NCBI GenBank assembly: GCA_963727825.1
Contig: CAVSHO010000010.1
Coordinates: forward strand, 128,001-192,000
Reading direction: 5' to 3'
Length of the DNA: 64,000 nucleotides
Source of the DNA: Ignavibacteriota bacterium
GTDB taxonomy: Bacteria; Bacteroidota; Ignavibacteria; UBA10030
Shown here: positions 30,931-41,657 of the stretch, in pieces
Position numbering within the stretch: the stretch's first letter is position 1
How the letters are laid out: every line of letters begins with the position of its first letter
Notes under the pieces: generated by a model
Seen by the model: only the letters and a program-made list of their open reading frames with translations
Database searches by the model: none
Told to the model about the DNA's origin: nothing
Made by a program: the position numbers and the translations under genes

Positions 30931-32094
30931 ATGGAGACAATAATGAAAAATATAATTACTGCTTTTATAATTACTATTTTTTTTACTCCGGCAGTATATC
31001 CGCAAAATTATTCAGATGAACCAGATTCGACTTACCTCGAATGTTCTCATGGAGGATTTGGTCTTGTCTATCAAAACAACGGCATTTACTTCGGCAATTC
31101 CCAAAATAATAACGGTATCAGGTTCAATTTTATTGATTGCGGAATTGAAAATATAAATGGGATAAATATTACTCTCTGGAAGCCGCAGCCAAATCCAGGC
31201 TCAGAAATAAATGGCATTGCTTTGGGCTTGATGCCTAGTGCCGGTGACATGAACGGCCTTTCTATCGGCCTGGGGGCAGTTATTGCAGAAAGAAGCATGA
31301 ATGGATTAAACCTTGGAATTTTGGCAAATGTATCTAAGGGAGAAATAAACGGACTAAATATTTCTGGGCTTGCATCTGTCGGGGGAAAGGATATTTCCGG
31401 GATTAACCTTGGCGGCCTTGCACTTGTTTCGAAAAGGAATTTAAAAGGCATAAACATTGGCGGATTAGCCTCGGTGGCACAAGGCGAAATATTAGGAATT
31501 AATTTTGGAACGATTGCCCTTGTATCACAAAAAAATATTTACGGGGTCAATATAGGAGGACTTGCATCGGTTGCACAGAAGAATATTTATGGATTAAATT
31601 TTGGAGGATTAGCTTTGGTTGCACAGAAAGATATTTACGGAATAAATTCTGCAGGGCTGGCAATCGTTTCTCAGCAGGAAATAACCGGAATAAATGTAGC
31701 GGGACTTGCACTTGTCGCACAAGAGGGAATAACGGGGATAAATTTCGGTGGAATTGCCATTGTTGGAGGCAAGAAAGAATTGACCGGGTTAAATTTTACT
31801 ATCGGAAAATTGTATGCCGGAACCGCTGTTACAGGACTTAACATTGCAGGTTATAATGTAGAAACATCTAACCTTACCGGGATTAATGTTATTGCCGGCT
31901 GGGTGAAGACTGATAACTTAACCGGTTTATCAATATCATCTTTTCACAAGATAGCGGGATTGCAACAGGGACTAGTTATTGGAATAGTAAATATTGCCGA
32001 ATCATTACAGGGAATCCAATTGGGTTTGATCAATATTGTAAAATCAAATCCTGTCCCATTCGGAGTATTGCCTATTATAAACTTTAGGTTTTAA
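30931..32094 (+). CDS. Secreted Gly/Asn repeat protein (LA_2272-like surface repeat, probable beta-solenoid)
   Basis: Signal peptide, many ~16-aa repeats of the form GINxGGLAxVAQxxI, C-terminal GIQLGLINIV...PIINFRF. Confidence 0.75.
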   Translation: METIMKNIITAFIITIFFTPAVYPQNYSDEPDSTYLECSHGGFGLVYQNNGIYFGNSQNNNGIRFNFIDCGIENINGINITLWKPQPNPGSEINGIALGLMPSAGDMNGLSIGLGAVIAERSMNGLNLGILANVSKGEINGLNISGLASVGGKDISGINLGGLALVSKRNLKGINIGGLASVAQGEILGINFGTIALVSQKNIYGVNIGGLASVAQKNIYGLNFGGLALVAQKDIYGINSAGLAIVSQQEITGINVAGLALVAQEGITGINFGGIAIVGGKKELTGLNFTIGKLYAGTAVTGLNIAGYNVETSNLTGINVIAGWVKTDNLTGLSISSFHKIAGLQQGLVIGIVNIAESLQGIQLGLINIVKSNPVPFGVLPIINFRF

Positions 32095-32152
32095 TTAACA
32101 TAAAAACAGATGGATTCCCTACGCTTGGTTGTTGGTTATGCCGATAAAAACA

Positions 32153-32186
32153 GAAAAGCCAATGTCAACGACATTGGCTTTCTTTT
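32153..32186. terminator. Bidirectional intrinsic terminator
   Basis: AAAGCCAATGTC-AAC-GACATTGGCTTT between convergent genes. Confidence 0.85.
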
Positions 32187-32202
32187 ATACAATTAGGTTC
32201 CA

Positions 32203-33819
32203 TTATTTTTGAAATGTTCTTAAAAAGACTGGCACAAGCCGTAGCCCACCCTTGAGTCTTTTTCCTAGTTTTTTCGAATACAGAAACTCCAGTGCTCCTT
32301 TCAATCCTTCGTACACTTTCTTGTTATGCGGGTGCCACCACATATTCTTTTGCACAAATGGAAGAATATCAACCACGACACAACGCGGCTGCGTCATTTC
32401 TTCTAAACCGATATACCCATGCGTACGGCCAATGCCAGATTCTTTCCAACCGCCCCATGGAGTTTCTGCAAGTCCATGACTCATAAGGTGATCATTGATC
32501 ATAACAGAACCTACCTCGAGTCGAGATGCAATTTCATGTCCCTTGCGTCGATTTTCCGTCCAAACTGAAGCAGTTAATCCTAATGTTGAAGCATTGGCAT
32601 GAGCAATTGCTTCCTCTATGCTTTCAACTTTTTGTACAGCAAGTATCGGGCCGAATATCTCTTCGTTCACCACCTTCATATCGTTATTAATGTTTTCCAG
32701 AAGCACTGGTGGACAAAATAATCCTTTATTTATCTTTTCAATATTCACAATTTCAGGATATGATTTTGCTCCTTTTTTAACAGCATCTTTAAGAAAGCTT
32801 TGCATTTTTTTCCATTGCTGTTCTGTGGTCATAGAGCCAATATCAACATTCGAGTCAATATCAACTCCTTGTTTTAATTTGCCCATCTTAGTCTTTAGGA
32901 TTGCAATAAATTTTTCATACACTTTTGATTCCACATAAATTCGTTCGACACCGGCACATGATTGACCGGCATTCGAAAGCCCCGCCCATATCGCTCCACT
33001 TGCCGCACGATATAGATTCGCGTCACCGCAAACAATCATAGCATCGTTACCTCCCAATTCCAAAGAAAGTGGAATAAGGTGTTTCGCTGCCTTTCGCATC
33101 AATTCTTTACCTACCGGTACCGAGCCGGTGAAGAATAGTTTATTGATCCCAGAATTCAAAAATGCATCGCCTGCAATTTTTCCCGGTAGATTAATTAGAT
33201 TGAAAATATCCTTCGGCAGCTTTCCAGCTTCAACACATTCTTTTATGATTTTACCGACTTCTAATGAATGAGACGCCACTTTGAGCACAACACCATTTCC
33301 TGCAATGAGTGCCATAGCAATTTCATGGAATGGAATTGAAAATGGGTAATTCCACGGACTGATGATGCCAACCACACCCATTGGGACCCGATCTACGTAG
33401 GACCGTTTATTAATCGTCAAAATACTGCCACCGCTTAACCGTTTCCGTTTCAGAATTCTTTTTGCACTTTTTGCGTAATACGTTATGGCCATCGAAGTAG
33501 AAAGCACTTCGGTGCTGAGAGCATCCATTTTTGTCTTACCGCTCTCCTTCGATATGACATCAGAAATTCTATCAACATTCTCTACAATGTAATCTCGAGT
33601 CGCTAAAAGATATTGCGCTCGCTCTTGAAAACTTAGCTTTGCCCATCCAAGTTGAGCGATTTTTGCAAGGGCAACAGCTCTTTCCAATTCTTCGACAGTA
33701 TCCTCAAGCGTTTTGCCTATGATTTCTCCAGTTGCGGGATTGATTGATGTTGTTATCTTTTTTGATTGCATGGCGATATCCTGATTAGAGATTGAAGGTT
33801 TTAGATTTGAGATGTCCAA
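32203..33819 (-). CDS. Aldehyde dehydrogenase family protein
   Basis: ISPWNYP, FTGSVPVG, LELGGND, catalytic GQSC and EEIFGP; true start may be MQSKK at 33771. Confidence 0.93.
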   Translation of the reverse strand: MDISNLKPSISNQDIAMQSKKITTSINPATGEIIGKTLEDTVEELERAVALAKIAQLGWAKLSFQERAQYLLATRDYIVENVDRISDVISKESGKTKMDALSTEVLSTSMAITYYAKSAKRILKRKRLSGGSILTINKRSYVDRVPMGVVGIISPWNYPFSIPFHEIAMALIAGNGVVLKVASHSLEVGKIIKECVEAGKLPKDIFNLINLPGKIAGDAFLNSGINKLFFTGSVPVGKELMRKAAKHLIPLSLELGGNDAMIVCGDANLYRAASGAIWAGLSNAGQSCAGVERIYVESKVYEKFIAILKTKMGKLKQGVDIDSNVDIGSMTTEQQWKKMQSFLKDAVKKGAKSYPEIVNIEKINKGLFCPPVLLENINNDMKVVNEEIFGPILAVQKVESIEEAIAHANASTLGLTASVWTENRRKGHEIASRLEVGSVMINDHLMSHGLAETPWGGWKESGIGRTHGYIGLEEMTQPRCVVVDILPFVQKNMWWHPHNKKVYEGLKGALEFLYSKKLGKRLKGGLRLVPVFLRTFQK

Positions 33820-33852
33820 TTAATTGATTTATGATTTAGTGATCGATATCCA

Positions 33853-34677
33853 TCATTGTTTCCTACCATACCAGGTTTTCATACTTCCCGCAACTCCCAT
33901 GATAATAAGGAATCGTTGGAACCAGCGATCCGGCATCAAAGCTCTAAAGCGAAGATTGAGATTAATCGTGCTTGGACGCTTGGGGGAATATTTCCCCTTC
34001 TTTAATGCATCGTTGATTATTGCCTTTGCAATGACGTCATGATTTTTCACTAAAGGAACAATCCATCTCCCAGGAATCCCTAACTTCGCGCCTTCGAACA
34101 TTCCAGTTGCGATATATCCGGGATGAATAGAAGAAAATTTTACTCCAGATTTTCCATTCCCTAAAGCTTCCATCCGAATTGATTCTGTTAATCCCCATAC
34201 AGCCCATTTGGTTGCGGCATATACTGCGAGCCCTGCAACTCCGATAGTCCCTGCAGCAGAAGAGATGTTTACGATATGTCCGATATTGCGATCGTACATT
34301 CCAGGAAGAAATGCTCTTGTTGTATAAAGCAATGCCTTTAAATTCACATCGATAGTTCTTTCCCAATCTGCATCAGGCCGTTCTAGAAATTCTCCTCCTG
34401 AAACATAGCCTGCATTGTTGATCAGGATATCAACTTTGCCCATCTCCTTAGCCGCTTTCTTGGCAAGTTTATACACTTGTTCTTTTTGGGTCACATCGCA
34501 TTGGTGAAGAAACACTTTCCCTAATGCAGAAAGTTCTTGCTTTGCCTGTTTGAGAGCGGCTTGATTTAAATCCCAGACAGTAACAACAACCCCTTCCATA
34601 AGAAGTCGTTTACTTGTAGCAAGCCCAATACCCATTGCGCCACCTGTAACAATTGCACATTTATCTTTGAGTTCCAT
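33853..34677 (-). CDS. Short-chain dehydrogenase/reductase (17beta-HSD11/retinol dehydrogenase-like)
   Basis: TGGAMGIG, LINNAG, NISSAAG and YAATK. Confidence 0.9.
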   Translation of the reverse strand: MELKDKCAIVTGGAMGIGLATSKRLLMEGVVVTVWDLNQAALKQAKQELSALGKVFLHQCDVTQKEQVYKLAKKAAKEMGKVDILINNAGYVSGGEFLERPDADWERTIDVNLKALLYTTRAFLPGMYDRNIGHIVNISSAAGTIGVAGLAVYAATKWAVWGLTESIRMEALGNGKSGVKFSSIHPGYIATGMFEGAKLGIPGRWIVPLVKNHDVIAKAIINDALKKGKYSPKRPSTINLNLRFRALMPDRWFQRFLIIMGVAGSMKTWYGRKQ

Positions 34678-34717
34678 AATATTGATCCATCCAATCGTTG
34701 AAAAAAAGTGAGTATTA

Positions 34718-35263
34718 CTATTGACGCAATTTATATATCGCAGAAATATTGAATCCCCATTCGGTTGCTTTTTGAATTAATTCATTATAAACGGCGTCGT
34801 CTAAATGTGGTGTCCGGCTCAATATCCAAAAATATTTCTTTGAACTGCTTGTTACCATAGCATAAGAGTAATTTGCCGTATCGAGTTCGATTACTTTGTA
34901 GTCTGCGTAAAAAAACCAGAAAAAACTTACTTCAAGAAAAGCATCGGTATTAGAATCTTTTATGCGTGCCTTACCATTTGCTTCCTTCCATTCCCCTTTA
35001 ATTGTATCGAATCCTTTATTGAGCACATTTATCTTGCCATCATCGCGCAATGCATATGTAGCAGTCACTTTATCCAATCCATTTTCAAACGAGTGGGGAA
35101 GGCGTGCTATTTCATACCATGTTCCGAGATACTTTTGAAGATCGAAGGATTTAACCGCTGGAATGGATTCCGTGCTCATTTCTTTCGAAACTGAACACCC
35201 ATATAAGGGCACAAGAATGAGTGGGAAACTAAAAAAGATCGAGGATAATTGAGTAGGATTCAT
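34718..35263 (-). CDS. blc: Bacterial lipocalin (Blc-like lipoprotein)
   Basis: Lipobox LYGC, YLGTWYEIAR, VSFFWFF and WILSRTP; AGGAGG RBS before the ATG at 35263. Confidence 0.9.
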   Translation of the reverse strand: MNPTQLSSIFFSFPLILVPLYGCSVSKEMSTESIPAVKSFDLQKYLGTWYEIARLPHSFENGLDKVTATYALRDDGKINVLNKGFDTIKGEWKEANGKARIKDSNTDAFLEVSFFWFFYADYKVIELDTANYSYAMVTSSSKKYFWILSRTPHLDDAVYNELIQKATEWGFNISAIYKLRQ

Positions 35264-35579
35264 CCTGACCTCCTTTTTGTGTGTTGGATGTGGCATAGTT
35301 TGATAACGACAAAAGGTAAAGAAAATGAATGGAAAGAGCAAAGGGAGAATGACGCCCAGGTAATATAGGAGACCTATCCTTTTTTTGAAGATATTTTATT
35401 TCACTCGCTCCCAATACTGGCAAAGCCATGGAATAATTCGGAAAAGGGGATGCGACCTAAGTTTATCGAAAAATTTGAGTCAAGATATCGAGGATGAAGT
35501 GTCCATAATCCCATAAAGCTCGATTTTTTCTAATGGTATTCACTACATCCAAATGTGCAAATTAAGTGTCGCGTGATTT

Positions 35580-35942
35580 TTAATTTACAAAAACACTCAA
35601 CTCTTTACCAATTGCATCAACGAGAGCTTCTTTTGGTAATGCCCCGACAGACATCTTTGGCTTGCCTTCTTTCGGAATGAAGAGCATTGATGGAATACTG
35701 CGAATACCAAATATGCCAGCAAGTTCTTGTTCGTCATCTACATTAATCTTGTAGAAATTTACTTTACCGGTATATTCTGTTGACAGTTCGTCGATAATAG
35801 GTCCCACCATTCGGCACGGTCCGCACCATGGCGCCCAGAAATCAACCACTGCCGGAATATCGCCTTCAAATTTCCATTCCTTGTTTTTTTTATAATTAAA
35901 TATTTTTTGTAAAAATGTTTCTTTTGTTAAATGCTCAGCCAT
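35580..35942 (-). CDS. trxA: Thioredoxin
   Basis: VVDFWAPWCGPC and GIRSIP. Confidence 0.92.
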   Translation of the reverse strand: MAEHLTKETFLQKIFNYKKNKEWKFEGDIPAVVDFWAPWCGPCRMVGPIIDELSTEYTGKVNFYKINVDDEQELAGIFGIRSIPSMLFIPKEGKPKMSVGALPKEALVDAIGKELSVFVN

Positions 35943-36069
35943 TATCAATTCCTCTATTTATAATTGCTTCACCATCTATGACCTTGTTTATTCCTTAACG
36001 CTTTTGTGAGATGATGAGTTCCGGAAAAAGATTCAATAGAAAAAGGAATGAGAGTTATTGCTATGAAAT

Positions 36070-36103
36070 AAAAAAACGGATCGATTTATTCAATCGACCC
36101 GTT
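36070..36103 (-). terminator. Intrinsic terminator after the Spy-like gene
   Basis: AACGG-A-TCGAT...ATCGA-C-CCGTT stem with a U-run on the minus strand. Confidence 0.65.
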
Positions 36104-36179
36104 CGAATTGTCTTTTATTCTATTACAATTATCTTATTTTGACATTTGCTGTTCATGCCGTGTTGACGACTGTTGTCTT

Positions 36180-36629
36180 TTATCCATTCGTTTCATCATC
36201 CCATGTTTCATCATCCATCATCTCATGCTGTCTAAATGCTTGTCTTTCTCCTAGAGCTTTTTTCCATATTTTTTGCTGATCCGGCGTAAGTAATTTATTA
36301 ACGGCAAACCAAGAGTTAATCTTGATCATATGCATCTGCACTCTTAGAACTGCTATGTCACCGATCTTCTTCTCAATGGCTGATTTGTCTGGGGCATCTG
36401 CTTTAAGTAGTTGCCGAAGCTCAATGCCCGCGGTTTCCACTTTTGCTTTTTGGGCAATTGTTTGCTTCTCCGCATCAAAATGAATCTTTTCAACATCCTT
36501 CTTTTGCTCATCGGTTAGATTGAGCTTCTCCATGAACTTTTTGATCTGCTTCGCCTCGTTCGGCTGGCCATATAATTGAGTGCCTAATATCATCACAGCA
36601 GCCGCCATCAATATTGCAAGTCGTTTCAT
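36180..36629 (-). CDS. Spy/CpxP-family periplasmic chaperone (C-terminus possibly frameshifted)
   Basis: Signal peptide MKRLAILMAA..., LNLTDEQ and LLTPDQQ LTxxQ motifs. Confidence 0.82.
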   Translation of the reverse strand: MKRLAILMAAAVMILGTQLYGQPNEAKQIKKFMEKLNLTDEQKKDVEKIHFDAEKQTIAQKAKVETAGIELRQLLKADAPDKSAIEKKIGDIAVLRVQMHMIKINSWFAVNKLLTPDQQKIWKKALGERQAFRQHEMMDDETWDDETNG

Positions 36630-36833
36630 TGTCTTTCTCCTTTTATTAGTGACTTCAATAGTTTGATGCATTACGAGTATAAAAGGTTTAAGAGGATATT
36701 GGAGGAAAATAAAAAGGGTCGGTATTTGACCAACCCTTAATAAAAACATAAACCAACCAATCAGGAAGAAAATGTCTGAAAATGTTACACAACCCTATAC
36801 AGCTGTCTGAACGCTTACTTATAGCAAATTTAT

Positions 36834-37928
36834 TTATTGATCCTTCGGCTGAAATTTTTCTACTTCTTCTAAAATAGTCGAAACAATTTCGCTTTCTTTG
36901 ACACGCTTGATCATCTCACCTTTGCGATAGAGAATGCCGACTCCTTTGCCTGCTGCAATACCAATATCTGCAGAGCTTGCCTCGCCCGGTCCATTGACAA
37001 CACAGCCCAAGACAGCAATAGTCACAGGCTTCTTCACATTCGCCAACTTTTCTTCAAGCTCGCCCATAATTCTAAACAGATCAACTTCGATCCGGCCGCA
37101 AGTCGGGCAAGCAATTAATTCGATATTACGCGAAGCAAGATTTAGTGAGCGCAGAATTTCCTTGCCAACTTCAACTTCCTTAACTGGATCGTCAGTTAGC
37201 GAAACACGAATTGTATCGCCAATGCCTTCAGCAAGCAATGCACCGATACCCACCGCCGATTTGATCGTGCCGCTGCGTGTTGGTCCAGCTTCTGTTACTC
37301 CAAGATGCAGAGGAATATCTGTCCGCTCAGCAACAAGCCGATAAGCTTCAATCATCAATTTTACATCTGTGGATTTTACTGAGATGACGATATCTTTGAA
37401 ATTATATTCATCACAAATTCCCACGTGACGCATTGCGCTTTCAAACAATGCTTCTGCCGTTGGATAGCCATATTTCTTAAGGATATCATCTTCCAGCGAA
37501 CCGGAATTTACGCCGATACGAATTGGAATATTACGTTCTTTTGCAGCTGTTAGTACTTGTTTAATACGATCCTTTGATCCGATATTACCGGGGTTGATGC
37601 GCACTTTCGCTACGCCTGCTTCAATTGCCTTCAGAGCGAAGATGTGATTAAAATGAATATCTGCGACAATTGGCACAGGCGATCGTTTTACAATCTCAGT
37701 CATCGCAGCCGCAGCTTCTTTATCATTTACCGTCACCCGAACAATATCAGCACCTGCCTCCGCTGCAGCCTTAATTTGTGCAATGGTACCTGCAATATCA
37801 TCCGTTTTTGTTTTTGTCATTGTTTGAATGGAAATCGGTGCATCGCCGCCAATTTTTATGCCGCCGACATTCACTTGCCGGGTTTTCCTTCGTGTAGTTA
37901 CCTTATATGTCTTATGCTGTTGGCTCAT
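36834..37928 (-). CDS. ispG: (E)-4-hydroxy-3-methylbut-2-enyl-diphosphate synthase
   Basis: VADIHF, RINPGNIG, RIGVNSGSL, HLGVTEAG, ACPTCGR and GCVVNGPGE. Confidence 0.98.
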   Translation of the reverse strand: MSQQHKTYKVTTRRKTRQVNVGGIKIGGDAPISIQTMTKTKTDDIAGTIAQIKAAAEAGADIVRVTVNDKEAAAAMTEIVKRSPVPIVADIHFNHIFALKAIEAGVAKVRINPGNIGSKDRIKQVLTAAKERNIPIRIGVNSGSLEDDILKKYGYPTAEALFESAMRHVGICDEYNFKDIVISVKSTDVKLMIEAYRLVAERTDIPLHLGVTEAGPTRSGTIKSAVGIGALLAEGIGDTIRVSLTDDPVKEVEVGKEILRSLNLASRNIELIACPTCGRIEVDLFRIMGELEEKLANVKKPVTIAVLGCVVNGPGEASSADIGIAAGKGVGILYRKGEMIKRVKESEIVSTILEEVEKFQPKDQ

Positions 37929-37985
37929 CGATCATCTTTCTTTCTATACAAAAACAAAGGGCACGATATATCGTTCCCCTACAAA

Positions 37986-38897
37986 TTAATTCATTCGTTT
38001 ACTGGCTTCAAAGAGAATTTTCTTTTCTTCTTCCGATAAACTTTGGTATCCGCTTTGGCTGATTTTATCAAGAATCTCGTCGATGCGCTTTTGAGCATCA
38101 ACTGGTTTTTCCTTTGGTTCAAATGCTTTTGCTTCGTTTATATCAAATACTTTTGCATCCACCACATTGCCGGTAGAAGTAGTTGGATTGCTCCAAGGTG
38201 CAGAAGACATCCATGATCGAGAAGTTCCGCGGCTTTTTCTTCGTATCAATTGTCGACGATCATACAAGATATAAAGATATCCAGCGACCGCTCCGCCAAG
38301 ATGTGCAAGATTGGCAACATTCCCTTGTCCACCAACAGACATCACACCAAAGACAATCAGGATAATGACAAAGTATTTCACTTTTACAGGAATTAAGAAA
38401 TAAAGATATATGTATCTATCCGGAAAGATAGCGGCAAATGCAATCATCACGCCATAAATTGCTCCAGATGCTCCGACAGTTGGGCCAAGCGCTGGTTCAA
38501 AGATGGGTGAAAGTATCAACTGTGATATTCCTGCCGCGACACCGCAGGATAAATAATAAATAAGAAATTTCTTTGATCCCCAAACATGTTCGACTTCCAT
38601 TCCAAACATCCATAATCCGAACACCATATTAAAAAAGAGATGCCAGAAATTGGCATGCACAAACTGATAGGTAATAAGCTGCCAGATGTAAAACCCATGC
38701 CCCAAAGGCATCAAACCAAAAAATCGGTCAAAAATTTCACTAAATCCTATGTCTCCGAAATGGAATGACCCAAAGAACATTTCCAACAAAAATACGCCCC
38801 CGTTGGCAATCAATAGTGCCTTGATTACAGGTGGGAAAAATTGAAATCCTCCAAACGCTGAAGGACGATAGTAATTGCCTTGATTGTTGTAAGCCAT
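37986..38897 (-). CDS. Rhomboid family intramembrane serine protease with C-terminal DUF6576-like domain
   Basis: WQLITYQFVH, HLFFNM, VGASGA, AHLGG and IDEILDKISQSGYQSLSEEEKKIL. Confidence 0.92.
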   Translation of the reverse strand: MAYNNQGNYYRPSAFGGFQFFPPVIKALLIANGGVFLLEMFFGSFHFGDIGFSEIFDRFFGLMPLGHGFYIWQLITYQFVHANFWHLFFNMVFGLWMFGMEVEHVWGSKKFLIYYLSCGVAAGISQLILSPIFEPALGPTVGASGAIYGVMIAFAAIFPDRYIYLYFLIPVKVKYFVIILIVFGVMSVGGQGNVANLAHLGGAVAGYLYILYDRRQLIRRKSRGTSRSWMSSAPWSNPTTSTGNVVDAKVFDINEAKAFEPKEKPVDAQKRIDEILDKISQSGYQSLSEEEKKILFEASKRMN

Positions 38898-38909
38898 TTT
38901 TAGATTTTC

Positions 38910-38939
38910 TGCGCCAGAGGCGCATCCGTCTTCGGCGGA
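38910..38939. repeat. Tandem GC-rich mini-hairpins (REP-like)
   Basis: TGCGCC-AGA-GGCGCA followed directly by TCCGTC-TTC-GGCGGA. Confidence 0.6.
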
Positions 38940-39046
38940 GATTTAATGATTTTATGATTTTGTGATTGATAAAAAATGGTGTCATTATTTATCTGACAGC
39001 CAATTACTTTATTTTTTACCTTTTACTTTTTATCTTTTACCTTTTT

Positions 39047-40311
39047 TTACTTATCATTCAGTGCTGCAACACCGGGAAGAACTTTTCCTTCTAAGAATTC
39101 TAACGATGCTCCGCCTCCTGTTGAGACATGTGACACAGCTTTATCGAGTCCGGCTTGAGCTATTGCCGAGGCAGAATCTCCACCGCCAACGACGGTAATC
39201 GCGCCGGCTTTTGTTGCAGTAGCTAACGCTTGCGCGACGGCAGTAGTTCCTTTTGCAAAGTTCGACATCTCGAACACACCCATTGGTCCGTTCCACACTA
39301 CCGTTTTAGCTTTCACGATTTCGTCATTATATATTTTTATGGTCTCTGGACCGATATCCATTCCTATCCAATCGGACGGAATTTCGTTGATTTTCACTAT
39401 TTTGTTGCCGCCGCATTATCAAATTTATCGGACACAACACAATCGACCGGCAGCATTAATCTTACTTTTTTTGCTTTAGCTTCATCAAGAATTTTCTTTG
39501 CTAATTCAATTTTATCTTCTTCTAATAATGATTTACCGATTTCCAATCCTTGTGCCTTGTAAAACGTGAACATCATTCCGCCGCCGATAAGCAGTGCATC
39601 TACTTTGTTCATAAGATTCTGTATGACATCAATCTTGCCGGAAATTTTTGCACCACCGATAATTGCAACATAAGGCTTTGCCGGATTTTCGACTGCTTTG
39701 CCAAGATACGCCAGCTCTTTCTCCATCAAAAATCCTGCAACTGCCGGCAAATAATGTGCAATAGTTTCTGTAGATGCATGTGCGCGGTGTGCAGTACCAA
39801 ACGCATCGTTCACGAAGATATCGCCGTATGAAGCAAGTTCCTTTGCCATTTGTTCGCGTTCCGCCGGATCTTTTGAAGTCTCTTGTTTATGAAAGCGAGT
39901 ATTCTCCAGCATCAATATTTCGCCGTCCTTCAATCCATCCACCATAGCTTTTGTTTCCGGACCGATTGCTGCAGGAGCAAGTTTCACCGGTTTATTCAAC
40001 AGTTGCGAGAGATGCTCGACGATCGGTTTCATTTTATGTTTGCCTTCGATGAACTTTGCTTCATCGAACGGTTTGCCATCTTTCTCGGCTTTCTCTTTTG
40101 CCTTCTGAGTATCTTTTTTTGGATCTCCGAGATGCGACATTAGTACGAGATATTTTGGTTTTTGGTCAAGTACATATTTGATAGTTGGAAGTGCTGCACG
40201 CATTCGAATGTCATCTTGAATGACGCCGTTCTTTAATGGTACGTTAAAATCAACGCGCATAATAACGCGCTTGCCGGTAAAGTTCATATCGCTCACAGTT
40301 TTCTTATTCAT
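39047..40311 (-). CDS. pgk: Phosphoglycerate kinase (split by a 1-nt homopolymer deletion near 39400)
   Basis: [33 protein letters not shown], then DIGPET, WNGPMG and [13 protein letters not shown]. One added A in ACAAAATAGTG restores TKIVKINE. Confidence 0.95.
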
Positions 40312-40376
40312 TGTTTTTCTCCGCGAAGAGATGGATGTTTGACTATTCCGGCAAAGCCGGAGTTTCTTTTATATAT

Positions 40377-40412
40377 AAAAAACGGGCTTCGACCCGATAA
40401 GTCGTCAGCCCG
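40377..40412 (-). terminator. Intrinsic terminator between gap and pgk
   Basis: CGGGCT...AGCCCG stem with U6 on the minus strand. Confidence 0.65.
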
Positions 40413-40479
40413 ATGCAGAAAAACATTCTGCCCAATGCATTTACGCACCGGGCAGATAAAGATTGAATACTTTTGAGTC

Positions 40480-41604
<1,125 letters not shown>

Positions 41605-41657
41605 CTAAAATTTAGATAGAAATCGATTGAAATGCAAGAACGAGAAATTGACTGCGT

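Noticed and set aside
35229-35429. 66-aa ORF upstream of the lipocalin gene
   Set aside because: No RBS or motif, and it overlaps the blc start in another frame.
39047-40311. Split or programmed-frameshift PGK
   Set aside because: One missing A in a homopolymer restores a normal protein, and I saw no slippery heptamer or stimulatory structure.
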